A stretch of DNA of 64,000 bases from IMG/VR virus record IMGVR_UViG_3300036770_007283; one strand, 5' to 3'. Origin of the DNA: a virus (Duplodnaviria; Caudoviricetes). The position numbers and the translations under genes were made by a program. Shown piece after piece: positions 10,206-18,684 of this stretch. The notes under the pieces are model-generated. The model ran no database searches. It saw only the letters and a program-made list of their open reading frames with translations, and was not told the origin of the DNA. Numbering within the stretch: the stretch's first letter is position 1; each line of letters begins with the position of its first letter.

Positions 10206-10574
10206 TTAAGAAGTTAAACCATCAAGAATTAAGCTATAGGCCCCATTGATCTTTTCTAGATTTTTAACCATTCCGGGTAAAGATGGGTGATATTTTTCTC
10301 CCACTTGAATTTGGGCAACGGCTTGAATATTGGCTCTGATTTGAGAACCAATATCTTGAAGGATTTGCATTCTACGATCTAATTCTAGAACGGCAGATTC
10401 TTCTTTGGCCTTTATGGTTTCTTTTTGTTCTGCAACCTTTCCTTCCATCATATTTAAAGTTGCTTTTAACTGGGAAAGGCGATCCATTAACTCTTGACGC
10501 TTTTCCTGGGTAATCAGTTGGCTAACAACTTGCTCTGGTGGTTGTGTAGAATTAACTAGGTTCTGCTGTGACAT
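10206..10574 (-). CDS. Hypothetical coiled-coil protein
   Basis: Heptad-rich ORF after an AGGAG SD. Confidence 0.6.
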   Translation of the reverse strand: MSQQNLVNSTQPPEQVVSQLITQEKRQELMDRLSQLKATLNMMEGKVAEQKETIKAKEESAVLELDRRMQILQDIGSQIRANIQAVAQIQVGEKYHPSLPGMVKNLEKINGAYSLILDGLTS

Positions 10575-10582
10575 ATTTCTCC

Positions 10583-11257
10583 TTATTTTTTGGTGCCATA
10601 AGCATGTGATTCATTTAGGCTAGACTGGGTAATGACAATGTAGGTATCAAACTTCTGTAACTCTGCAATGGTTCTGGTATTGGTATAAGACATGCCTGAC
10701 TTAAGACCACCCACAAACCCATCATCACCGTAGAGAACTTCTTTTAAGGATCCTACGTATGGAATATGGGTAGTTACACCTTCGGAACAAGTACCTTCTT
10801 TTAGGCCGCCACGAAGATCTTTTTGTACTGATGCTGAGGCCATACCTCGATACATCTTTTTGGGAACTTCGTCAATATAAACTAAACTTGAGGGTGACTC
10901 ATCTGTTCCAGCAAAAACGCCACCACACATAACAGCATCTGCCCCACCAATAATTGACTTAACAACGTCGGATGGATAACGGATTCCACCGTCTGCAATA
11001 ATTGATGGATATTTCATGTTGGGATTATTTTTATTATAATATTTGAATTTATGCCTTGCTCTAGCGCAATCGACCACAGAGGATAAAGTCGGGATTCCAA
11101 CGGAGCTTTGGATGCGTGTTTTGCAGATTGAGTTGTGTAAAAATACACCATTTGAAGAAAATGAGTGTGAATTTTCTACTGTGATATCATAGACCATTCC
11201 TGAAAAATGGAATCTCTTAATATTCGACGGCTTGGAGAGTTTGTATTTCTTTAGCAT
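10583..11257 (-). CDS. guaB: IMP dehydrogenase C-terminal half preceded by a 42-aa split-intein C fragment
   Basis: MLKKYKL...VYDITVENSHSFSSNGVFLHN|SICKTR; IIADGGIRYPSD; KMYRGMAS; EGVTTHIPY. Confidence 0.93.
   Translation of the reverse strand: MLKKYKLSKPSNIKRFHFSGMVYDITVENSHSFSSNGVFLHNSICKTRIQSSVGIPTLSSVVDCARARHKFKYYNKNNPNMKYPSIIADGGIRYPSDVVKSIIGGADAVMCGGVFAGTDESPSSLVYIDEVPKKMYRGMASASVQKDLRGGLKEGTCSEGVTTHIPYVGSLKEVLYGDDGFVGGLKSGMSYTNTRTIAELQKFDTYIVITQSSLNESHAYGTKK
11132..11257 (-). mobile_element. Split intein IntC
   Basis: Block F VYDITV, terminal HN, Ser at +1. Confidence 0.9.
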
Positions 11258-12293
11258 CTTTTAACTCCTGAATTATTTTCAGCAATACGTATGTTTTTTC
11301 ATAATCTTTAGATTCTGACTCTCTAATTCTATAAATAACAAAGTTATGTTTTTTTGCTAATTCATCTTTGTAGGCATCATTATTTTTTATTTTTAAAATT
11401 TTATCCACTGATAATATCGGATGGTTATCTTCTTCTGGGTGCCAAAAATCTCCATCAAATTCGACCAATATTTTATCAAATAAGCAGGCATCATAATAAC
11501 GGTCACCCAGTCGATATGTTCTTTTTATATTGTTTGGACCAACAAAGTATGATAACATATCAAAATATTCTGTTTCTGGTTTTGAGGCAATTGAATCTTT
11601 GAAAATATCTGAGTAATCATTTACTGCAAACTCATTAATTCTTTTTTTCAATACCCACGAAGAGATGTTTAATTGATAAAGATCAATAATTTTTTGATAT
11701 GAGGTTGTTTTTCCTTCAGACTTTATATAGTCAAGATATTTTATAACGACATCCATTGTCTCCTCAGGGACTTTTATATAGCAACCATTTTTTTCTCCAA
11801 GGTTGGAATAAACTAACTGATGCTTTTTCGCATTTGAATCTATAGTTTTCTTAGATGCTATCTTTAATTTAATCCACCAATTCTTAATGGTTCTAAAGTC
11901 ATGACCAGATATTTCTGATATCTTGTATGCGGGATACTTTGGTGATTGGTATTTTTCCCAGTAATCTTCTAGCGATTCTTTTGTTAATCCAATTTTTGTA
12001 TAATTATCCTTGAAAGTTTCTAATAATGATTCTGAAATTTGCTTCTTTCTTTCTTTTGGAACTGCACAATATCTAACGTGATCTCCTACATATTTTAGAT
12101 ATTTTCCTTTTTCAAATTTAGTTTCATTTCCACAGCCACAACCACAAGTTGGTTTTACGTCATTATGTGTATATTTTAAAACGTAGCTTTCTAAAGTTAT
12201 AGAGTGATCTTTTTTAAGATGAAATGAAAATTGAGCATATCTTCTTGAATCTTGATAATGAGAAAAATCCTTGTCACAAAGTAAGCATTTCAT
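11217..12293 (-). CDS. Free-standing Vsr-like/PD-(D/E)xK homing endonuclease between the guaB halves
   Basis: YYDACLFDKILVEFDGDFWHP...D..KD.LAKKHNFVIYRIRE; N-terminal C2H2-like and CGCGC motifs. The start was moved to ATG 12293, which follows a GGAGG SD. Confidence 0.8.
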   Translation of the reverse strand: MKCLLCDKDFSHYQDSRRYAQFSFHLKKDHSITLESYVLKYTHNDVKPTCGCGCGNETKFEKGKYLKYVGDHVRYCAVPKERKKQISESLLETFKDNYTKIGLTKESLEDYWEKYQSPKYPAYKISEISGHDFRTIKNWWIKLKIASKKTIDSNAKKHQLVYSNLGEKNGCYIKVPEETMDVVIKYLDYIKSEGKTTSYQKIIDLYQLNISSWVLKKRINEFAVNDYSDIFKDSIASKPETEYFDMLSYFVGPNNIKRTYRLGDRYYDACLFDKILVEFDGDFWHPEEDNHPILSVDKILKIKNNDAYKDELAKKHNFVIYRIRESESKDYEKTYVLLKIIQELKDAKEIQTLQAVEY

Positions 12294-12323
12294 GCGACTA
12301 GCCCTCCGCATACTATGCTTTTG

Positions 12324-12332
12324 TATTAGCAG
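12324..12332 (-). promoter_or_regulatory. Candidate late promoter CTGCTAATA
   Basis: Same 9-mer at 41283 and 45100; lies inside a CTAGCC/GGCTAG stem upstream of the endonuclease RBS. Confidence 0.45.
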
Positions 12333-12357
12333 ATTTGGCTAGAAAAATTAAAACATG

Positions 12358-12666
12358 TTATTCATCACCATGGCCCACCAACATGTGATTATCGTTAATT
12401 TCTCCTGCTGGAAGCCAAAATGCAAAATTATGAATATTTTCATCTGTAAGCTTATCAATATCCTGCACATTAACAACGTAGTATTTGTGATCTGTTGTGG
12501 TTTCTATTCCGTTGATAGAAATAACTTCTTCATTTTTAAGAGAAGTAATTATATCAGTTACAGAATTCCATTCTCCAGAGTGGGTAAGAACTACATCTCC
12601 CAACTCAATTTCTGAAATGGGAATGTCACCACGCTTCGTCAAAACGGTGGTTGTAGGCATTAAACA
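12358..12666 (-). mobile_element. Split intein IntN
   Basis: Cys1 after GIGGG, block B-like TTDHKYY; the ORF ends 102 aa later. Confidence 0.9.
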
Positions 12667-13200
12667 ACCGCCTCCTATCCCTACCCGTACCGCATCGACA
12701 CCTAATTCAATCATAAATTCATAGCCATGAAAAGTAGCAATATTTCCTGCCATGATTGGTAGTCCTGGATAAGTTGCCTTTACCCAGTCTACCATTTCTT
12801 TCATTAGAATAGAGTGTCCATTAGCAACATCAATAGATACCATATGGATTGGAATTGCTGCTTCCATTAGAGTGGTGAGTCTTTTTCTTTCAACCTCTCC
12901 CACTCCGATTGCCGGCACTACCCATTGATTTTCTTGGGCGACTTTTTGACATTCTTCTACTTGACGTTGAGGATCCATAAACCTATGGATAATGCCTAGA
13001 CCTCCAAGCCTTCCTAATTCGATAGCCATATTGGATTCTGTAACAGTATCCATAGGCGAAGAAATAAAAGGAATTTTTAGCTCTAGGGGTCCAACTTTTG
13101 TAGAGGTATCTGGTTCGGAACGAGAACGAATATCGGAATAAACTGGTGGGATAAGAATATCGTCAAAAGACAAACCTTTGATTCTTTTGTGTTCAATCAT
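12358..13200 (-). CDS. guaB: IMP dehydrogenase N-terminal half (no CBS domains) fused to a 102-aa split-intein N fragment
   Basis: LSFDDILI, PFISSPMDTVTE, GGLGIIHR, IDVANGHS, VRVGIGGG|CLMPTT. Confidence 0.93.
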   Translation of the reverse strand: MIEHKRIKGLSFDDILIPPVYSDIRSRSEPDTSTKVGPLELKIPFISSPMDTVTESNMAIELGRLGGLGIIHRFMDPQRQVEECQKVAQENQWVVPAIGVGEVERKRLTTLMEAAIPIHMVSIDVANGHSILMKEMVDWVKATYPGLPIMAGNIATFHGYEFMIELGVDAVRVGIGGGCLMPTTTVLTKRGDIPISEIELGDVVLTHSGEWNSVTDIITSLKNEEVISINGIETTTDHKYYVVNVQDIDKLTDENIHNFAFWLPAGEINDNHMLVGHGDE

Positions 13201-13203
13201 ATT

Positions 13204-13809
13204 TCACCTTCTACTTTCTAAGTAATACAGTTCAAATTGTTCAGCAAACAATTCAACTTGATAGTTAAATTGTGTACCCAGGCAAAACCTATCATACCAA
13301 AAGTGACCCATTTCGTGAGCAAAGATTTTGTTAGTTTGAAATCCTCGATCTATCAGTATAATTGCTGAGACACCAGACTCTTCATTTCTGGCATCATACA
13401 GCCCCACGATATTGGGTATTTGTTGATAATTTGCCTGCCATTGATTAAATAGTTCATGATCATTGAGAACACTATCAGGAACCATAAAGATTTCTAAATT
13501 AGAATTATCTTTACATTGAACTAACTTAAAGTTTCTTTCTTCTGCGAATTGAAAAAATAAGTTAGAATCATATCTAATTTGCTCCGCTATAGTTTGTGGT
13601 GAGGTATACTCATTAAAGGAGCAATATTGATAAGTTATTTTGTAATTATAGCTAGCATCTGGATAAAAAGAAGACCGATAGCAACTGGACCAAGGATAGT
13701 CTTCTAGTGGTTTGTATGTGGTTACTAAGGGGGTATAAGGTCCGGCCCCCAATAGTAACCACAACAAAGCTTTAGTCATCTTTAGTCTTTGGTCTACGCT
13801 TCTTATCAA
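13204..13809 (-). CDS. Secreted/membrane zinc metallopeptidase-like protein
   Basis: Hydrophobic N-terminus; FAHEMGHFWY (HExxH) followed by ELFA. Confidence 0.6.
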   Translation of the reverse strand: MIRSVDQRLKMTKALLWLLLGAGPYTPLVTTYKPLEDYPWSSCYRSSFYPDASYNYKITYQYCSFNEYTSPQTIAEQIRYDSNLFFQFAEERNFKLVQCKDNSNLEIFMVPDSVLNDHELFNQWQANYQQIPNIVGLYDARNEESGVSAIILIDRGFQTNKIFAHEMGHFWYDRFCLGTQFNYQVELFAEQFELYYLESRR

Positions 13810-13984
13810 GGCTGTATTCTAGAACTTCTACGTCTAGATTGGAATTGCATTGAATCCAAGAAACATCTTCTTTAGATAGATTCTTGTGAATATCAACTCT
13901 TCCACAGACCTTATTGGTGACTTTGACGGTGATATTTTTATCACTCCACTTTTTTGGTGCTTTACTATCCATGATTTCCTCCAT
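13772..13984 (-). CDS. Hypothetical protein
   Basis: Short ORF packed in an operon. Confidence 0.55.
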   Translation of the reverse strand: MEEIMDSKAPKKWSDKNITVKVTNKVCGRVDIHKNLSKEDVSWIQCNSNLDVEVLEYSLDKKRRPKTKDD

Positions 13985-14831
13985 TCAAATCCTCCAAGCT
14001 TTTAACACTAAATCCTGCGGCGTTTCTATGTCCACCGCCTCCGGGAAACTGCTTTGCAATTTCGGAAACATCTAAGCCTTCATCTGTTGATCTCAAGGAA
14101 AAGACGAATTCTTCTCCATCATAATGATACCCGGCAGAAAAAGATTCGCCAACTGCTAAATCACCCAACATTTCAGAACGAAAGAACGGTGTGTTTAAAA
14201 TAGGAACTTCAAAACCTTTGATCTTGGCACGATATGTATTTTTAATAATTGAGTTTATCAAAGTTTTGTTATATCTAAGGATTGCAGCTCCTTCGTTTAA
14301 TAATTTTGAGAAACCCTCTGGTGTTTCTATCAGGTTATTTAATTTATCCCAAGTTTCAAAGTTTTTGGGATAAGAATCTATTGCGGTTAGCAATTCTCTT
14401 GCATAAGGTAAAATGCAATTTTGTGGACCATGCAAATCACGATCCTCGATATATTGAAGTAATTTTGGTGTCTCGTCATCAGGAAAGCAATAATCCCAGG
14501 CCAAGATAGCACCGGAATGATCCATGTCAAAATGGGTAAAGCTTAGATCGCCAAGTAATTTCTGTGCAGATAAGTGGTGATCTAAAATAAGAAACTTTTT
14601 AGCAATTTCATTTATAACAATGGAGTCTTCTCGTTCCAAGGAAAAATCTACCATAATAACTTCCCGATCTCTTAAATCTTCGGGATTCAAACCTTTGAAG
14701 GGAGCAAGAATATGGGCTAATGGCTGGTAGTCTATTGTGTCACTATATTTCTTCCAAAAGGAAAAAGCCGCACCAAACCCATCAGGACATTCATCATGAT
14801 AAATTAAGATTGGCTTGTTAGTGGTTGTCAT
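13965..14831 (-). CDS. DHH/DHHA1 phosphoesterase
   Basis: YHDECPDGFGAA, MVDFS, LDHH, GGGGHRNAAGF. Confidence 0.9.
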   Translation of the reverse strand: MTTTNKPILIYHDECPDGFGAAFSFWKKYSDTIDYQPLAHILAPFKGLNPEDLRDREVIMVDFSLEREDSIVINEIAKKFLILDHHLSAQKLLGDLSFTHFDMDHSGAILAWDYCFPDDETPKLLQYIEDRDLHGPQNCILPYARELLTAIDSYPKNFETWDKLNNLIETPEGFSKLLNEGAAILRYNKTLINSIIKNTYRAKIKGFEVPILNTPFFRSEMLGDLAVGESFSAGYHYDGEEFVFSLRSTDEGLDVSEIAKQFPGGGGHRNAAGFSVKSLEDLNGGNHG

Positions 14832-15847
14832 ATTGTCTCCGGAGAGAATGAATATTCTATCGCTTTAACTAAATGACTTCTTTCTGATACCTCTTGTGAT
14901 ATAAAATTTGTCATTTGTTTTAAATCTTTAAAATCCTGTAAGGTTTGTTTATAGAATAACTTATAAACCCCTACTTGATCAAGTATATCACATTTACTAA
15001 TAATTAAATTAGTTGTTCCAGAAATATTAACCGCCTCAATTAAGTAATCCAAATTTAACCAGTTAACAACCCTTCTTCTCCCCGTTGTAACACCATACTC
15101 TTGGCCTAAACGACCGATTTCAGATAGAATGGGATCTTCCAACAATGACTTGGGGAACAATGGGTCTTCACCGCTCCTTGTATCATAAATTTTAGCCGCA
15201 CCATAAATATTTTTAATTTTTTGTGGTGGGAAACCTAAACTACAAGCAGCATAAGGAAGTGTATTACTAGAGGTTACATAAGGATAATTTCCTTGATCTA
15301 AGTCAAGCCAGAATCCCTGGGCACCCTCGCATAATATCCTACCTTGAAGGTCACTTTGCCACAATAAATTCTTAGAAAGAACTTCTTTGGCTAAGACACC
15401 AGTTCTTGCAGCTTTATCAGCATAAACTGGTGCAATCCCTCTTGAGGTGGTTCCTAATTTGGCAGCTAGATTTTGTTTATCTTGCTCAATATGCTTTTCT
15501 TGAATAATATGACAATTAGGATGAACCTTAACCAGCGAGATATCAAATCCATTATCTGACAGATAATCCAATTCTTTGTTAAAGGATTCTGGATGCAAAA
15601 CACAACCTGGCCCGACTAATGATTGGACGCCATAAAAAACGCCAGAGGGAACTAGGTGTGTTTTGTATTTTTTACCATTAACAAAAACTGTATGTCCCGC
15701 ATTATTTCCACCGCCCCACCTAGCCACTAATGAATAATCACCTGAGCTTGCTAGTTGGCTTGTAATTTTTCCTTTTGCTTCGTCGCCTGGGGTTTAACCC
15801 CAAGCTAAACCAACAACGATATCTACGCTGTCAATCTGCTTGGACAT
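14828..15847 (-). CDS. purA: Adenylosuccinate synthetase (short type); frame interrupted by an in-frame TAA at 15794-15796
   Basis: SD AAGGAGGT, ATG 15847: MSKQIDSVDIVVGLAWG*TPGDEAKGK, in frame with ARWGGGNNAGHT, CEGAQG, YPYVTSSNT and YGVTTGRRR. The ORF track shows only the part after the stop. Confidence 0.88.
15785..15805 (-). other. Stop-codon hairpin GCTTGGGGT-TAA-ACCCCAGGC inside purA
   Basis: 9-bp stem (one G-U pair) with the TAA loop in frame; removing 12 nt restores W-G-D-E. Confidence 0.85.
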
Positions 15848-15891
15848 TAAGCACCTCCTTTATTTTAAGGGTTGTGGTTCTAGCTTTAATC

Positions 15892-17037
15892 TTATACGTA
15901 ATCTTCTTTCCAAGTAACTTCTTTTGATTCACCCTCTCCACGAGCCAACCTACCTTGGATTTCAACAAAGTTTTTTACTTCTTCAAGAACAGAGGGTGTG
16001 GTGGAATTCAAGAATGTGAAAATATAGTTTTCGTTAAAATATTCCATGCTAATTAAATCTTTAAAATGAAACAGGAAGTTATTTACAACATTAGATAATG
16101 TCTCCCTATCCATTGAAAAAATTGTCCTTCCGTAAGCATCCTCAACCTCAACTACACTTTTTGAAATTTCTAAGTCAGCTTCCTTCCCAGACTTAATCTT
16201 TTTATTCAAGTCTTCTGCTTCATAGAAAATTTGGGTAATTTCTTCGCAAGTGTTTTTGTCAAACTGTAGCTTATATCTCTTGGAATATTTAAATGCCCGT
16301 TCGGCAGCCCAAATTTTGCCAATAACAGAAGAATTTCTACGAACATTTCCAAAGGCAAGTAGCCGTTCTTGAAACAATTGTTCGAGTCCGTCCGCGAAAT
16401 AGAAGCTTCCATTATAGTACGCAGCACAACAATTTAAGATATCAAAAGTATCAAATAAAGTTTGAATATCCTTGATTTTCTTTTTAATTGCTTGGATCGG
16501 CTTGCAGAAACCATTTGTTTTTTTAGAACGAAAGGTGTTAGCCCAAGAAGTAGAATTTGAGATAGAGTGAATTGAATCTAAACCAAGAACATCCATCCTA
16601 TCCTTATAGAATGCTCCTGACTGATAAAAGGTGGGCGCACAACCATAAATTTTATGGTTCTTGGAAGGTGGGTCTACTTCATGATCACCTACCAAGAAAT
16701 AGAATGAATTGCCTGCATCCCAGATTACATTATCTTCCATAAACCAAAGATCAATATCACCAAACTTAAAAGATTCTGTTTTTTCAATTTGGGTATTTCC
16801 AGGCGTAGTAGTGTTGTTAAGAATTTCAAAAATCTTAAAATTATCAAAAGAAGCTTTGTTATCAGAATTTAGAATCTGCTCTAGCTTTTCTTTGACAGCC
16901 GGATTTTTAAGGCACATAATATCCTGATAAAGCGAAACAATAAACCCACCTGCAATAACTGGATTTAGCTTGAGGATATTTTCGGGCACAAACATTTTTA
17001 GAATTTTTTCTGCATTCTCATGCTTAACAATGTGCAT
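15892..17037 (-). CDS. Pol-beta-superfamily nucleotidyltransferase-like protein (CCA/poly(A) polymerase-like head)
   Basis: IAGGF...GDIDLWF; later FDTFDILNC and RAFKYSKR. The start was moved to ATG 17037 (GGAG SD, downstream of a promoter). Confidence 0.55.
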   Translation of the reverse strand: MHIVKHENAEKILKMFVPENILKLNPVIAGGFIVSLYQDIMCLKNPAVKEKLEQILNSDNKASFDNFKIFEILNNTTTPGNTQIEKTESFKFGDIDLWFMEDNVIWDAGNSFYFLVGDHEVDPPSKNHKIYGCAPTFYQSGAFYKDRMDVLGLDSIHSISNSTSWANTFRSKKTNGFCKPIQAIKKKIKDIQTLFDTFDILNCCAAYYNGSFYFADGLEQLFQERLLAFGNVRRNSSVIGKIWAAERAFKYSKRYKLQFDKNTCEEITQIFYEAEDLNKKIKSGKEADLEISKSVVEVEDAYGRTIFSMDRETLSNVVNNFLFHFKDLISMEYFNENYIFTFLNSTTPSVLEEVKNFVEIQGRLARGEGESKEVTWKEDYV

Positions 17038-17069
17038 ATAAACTCCGGGGCATAGCTCGGCCCACAAAA

Positions 17070-17098
17070 AGTATAGCGCATTCTAATTTAATATTAAA
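17070..17098 (-). promoter_or_regulatory. Promoter class A: TTTAAT-N17-TATACT
   Basis: Exact 17-bp spacer. Confidence 0.7.
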
Positions 17099-17149
17099 GC
17101 AAATAGCTTGAGGCAAAAATTAAATAAAATAAAAATAGTCTATTTCTTT

Positions 17150-18661
17150 TTATTTCTGCCTAGATTGCTTATAAAGAATACTAATCAAATCCCTTCTTGA
17201 TGCTTTCTTGTCTTCAGCATTATTACGGCGCCTTATTCTTCTTCTAGACCTGGATTCATTTGGACTAAATAATCCACTGTCTTGCCTTCTCTCCCTGCCT
17301 AACTCTCTTGCTATCCCCCTATCAAGGTCCAGAGCCTTTCTTTCAGCTCTTGTAAGTGGCATGGCAATCCATTTCTTTTCGGCCTCATCGAAAACTACAC
17401 CATCATACCTCAGATCCGTTGGTAAAGCTAGCTCTATATCTGGACCTTGATCCAATCCATAACTCAAATCTGCGACGCCAACTTTTCTACCTTGTGGGCC
17501 TGTCATTTCTTTTATGATAGTAATATTTTGATTGTTATCCCACCTAGAGACTAATCTTCTATATAAGTCTCTTGCTTGGTTTACGGTATTCCCTCTATCA
17601 ATATAATAATTTATAATTTCATTTCTTTTTTCTTCACGACCTTCCTCTGGAATAATAACAGTTACACTTCCGGTTTCTGCACTATTAGGTGGTGGAACTA
17701 CTTCTTCATTAGATGGGGTGTAAGGAATTCCAGTAAACTGCTGTTCGTTAGCCATAAACATGGCTGATAGCTCATCAAACGTCATAGGTGTATTTGTATT
17801 ATCTACACTTGGTGCTTGATTTATGACTGGTTCTGGTGTTGTAAGTGCAGGTGGTGAGGATACTGGAGGTACTGGTGGTACCGGAGGTGTATTACCTGGT
17901 TCTGGTGTTGGAACAGTAGGTGGTGAGGATGCTGGTGGCAAAGCAGGTGGTGGAGGCGTTGTGGTTACAGGGTTAGAACCATCCATCCATTCTTTTGTTG
18001 CTTCGTTCCAAGTCAAAGAAGGGTCTGGGACTATACCCTTAAGCTTTGTTGGTTCCTTATAAAAGAATGCTACTTTATTTGTTGTACCCCAAGAATTTCT
18101 GGTGTTAAACAAACCGCACTTTAAAGCTTTAATAGCTTTTTTCATGTCAGTAACTTTAGTTTCTTTATCATCTTCATCATACGCATATAATGTAGAGCCA
18201 ACTATCGCATAATACTCAGTGGGTGTACAATACCAATAGCTTGTAGTTTCGCCACCGGGACTTTCCGCATGGATAGATTGTGATAGAATATTGGGTGGTG
18301 CATCTGGGAAAAGTATTTCTGGATGCTCGATATAATACTGCAAATACTTTTCTTGATCCCTTGGCGCTTTTTCTATCATCTTTTTAAGGATTTCTTTTCC
18401 CTGCTCTTTATCTACAATCCTTGTATCATAGCTTGTAGAAAACCAATACCTATCATTTGCATACAATTCATTATTTTCAATATAATATTCAATGCCATCA
18501 ATAAATATATCTTCAATAGCATAGTTAGGTGGAGGTGCCACAGCGGCTATTGTGGCGTTATTTTGATCAGCCATTCTAATCAAGAAAGCTATTTTTCTTT
18601 GATATTCCTTCTTGTTATGTGACTTAAGGAATCTTTCTAGTTTTAGAAGTTCATTTTTCAA
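17150..18661 (-). CDS. Pro/Thr-rich hypothetical, probably virion-associated; paralogous to the adjacent 18685-21036 protein
   Basis: Leader MKNELLKLERFL...LIRMA; C-terminal domain IPEEG...GPQGRKVG...LPTDLRYDG shared with the neighbour. Confidence 0.65.
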   Translation of the reverse strand: MKNELLKLERFLKSHNKKEYQRKIAFLIRMADQNNATIAAVAPPPNYAIEDIFIDGIEYYIENNELYANDRYWFSTSYDTRIVDKEQGKEILKKMIEKAPRDQEKYLQYYIEHPEILFPDAPPNILSQSIHAESPGGETTSYWYCTPTEYYAIVGSTLYAYDEDDKETKVTDMKKAIKALKCGLFNTRNSWGTTNKVAFFYKEPTKLKGIVPDPSLTWNEATKEWMDGSNPVTTTPPPPALPPASSPPTVPTPEPGNTPPVPPVPPVSSPPALTTPEPVINQAPSVDNTNTPMTFDELSAMFMANEQQFTGIPYTPSNEEVVPPPNSAETGSVTVIIPEEGREEKRNEIINYYIDRGNTVNQARDLYRRLVSRWDNNQNITIIKEMTGPQGRKVGVADLSYGLDQGPDIELALPTDLRYDGVVFDEAEKKWIAMPLTRAERKALDLDRGIARELGRERRQDSGLFSPNESRSRRRIRRRNNAEDKKASRRDLISILYKQSRQK

Positions 18662-18684
18662 ATTTCCACCAGTGATATTAATTG

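Noticed and set aside
15794-15796. Genome-wide stop-codon reassignment explaining the purA TAA
   Set aside because: Other conserved genes translate full-length under code 11 and many end in TAA. Readthrough would also insert 4 residues into the catalytic loop.
14828-15847. PurZ (2-aminoadenine, Z-genome pathway)
   Set aside because: The motif keeps the PurA Asp (GDEAKGK) rather than the PurZ-type GSTGKG, and the neighbouring phosphoesterase is DHH, not the HD-family DatZ.
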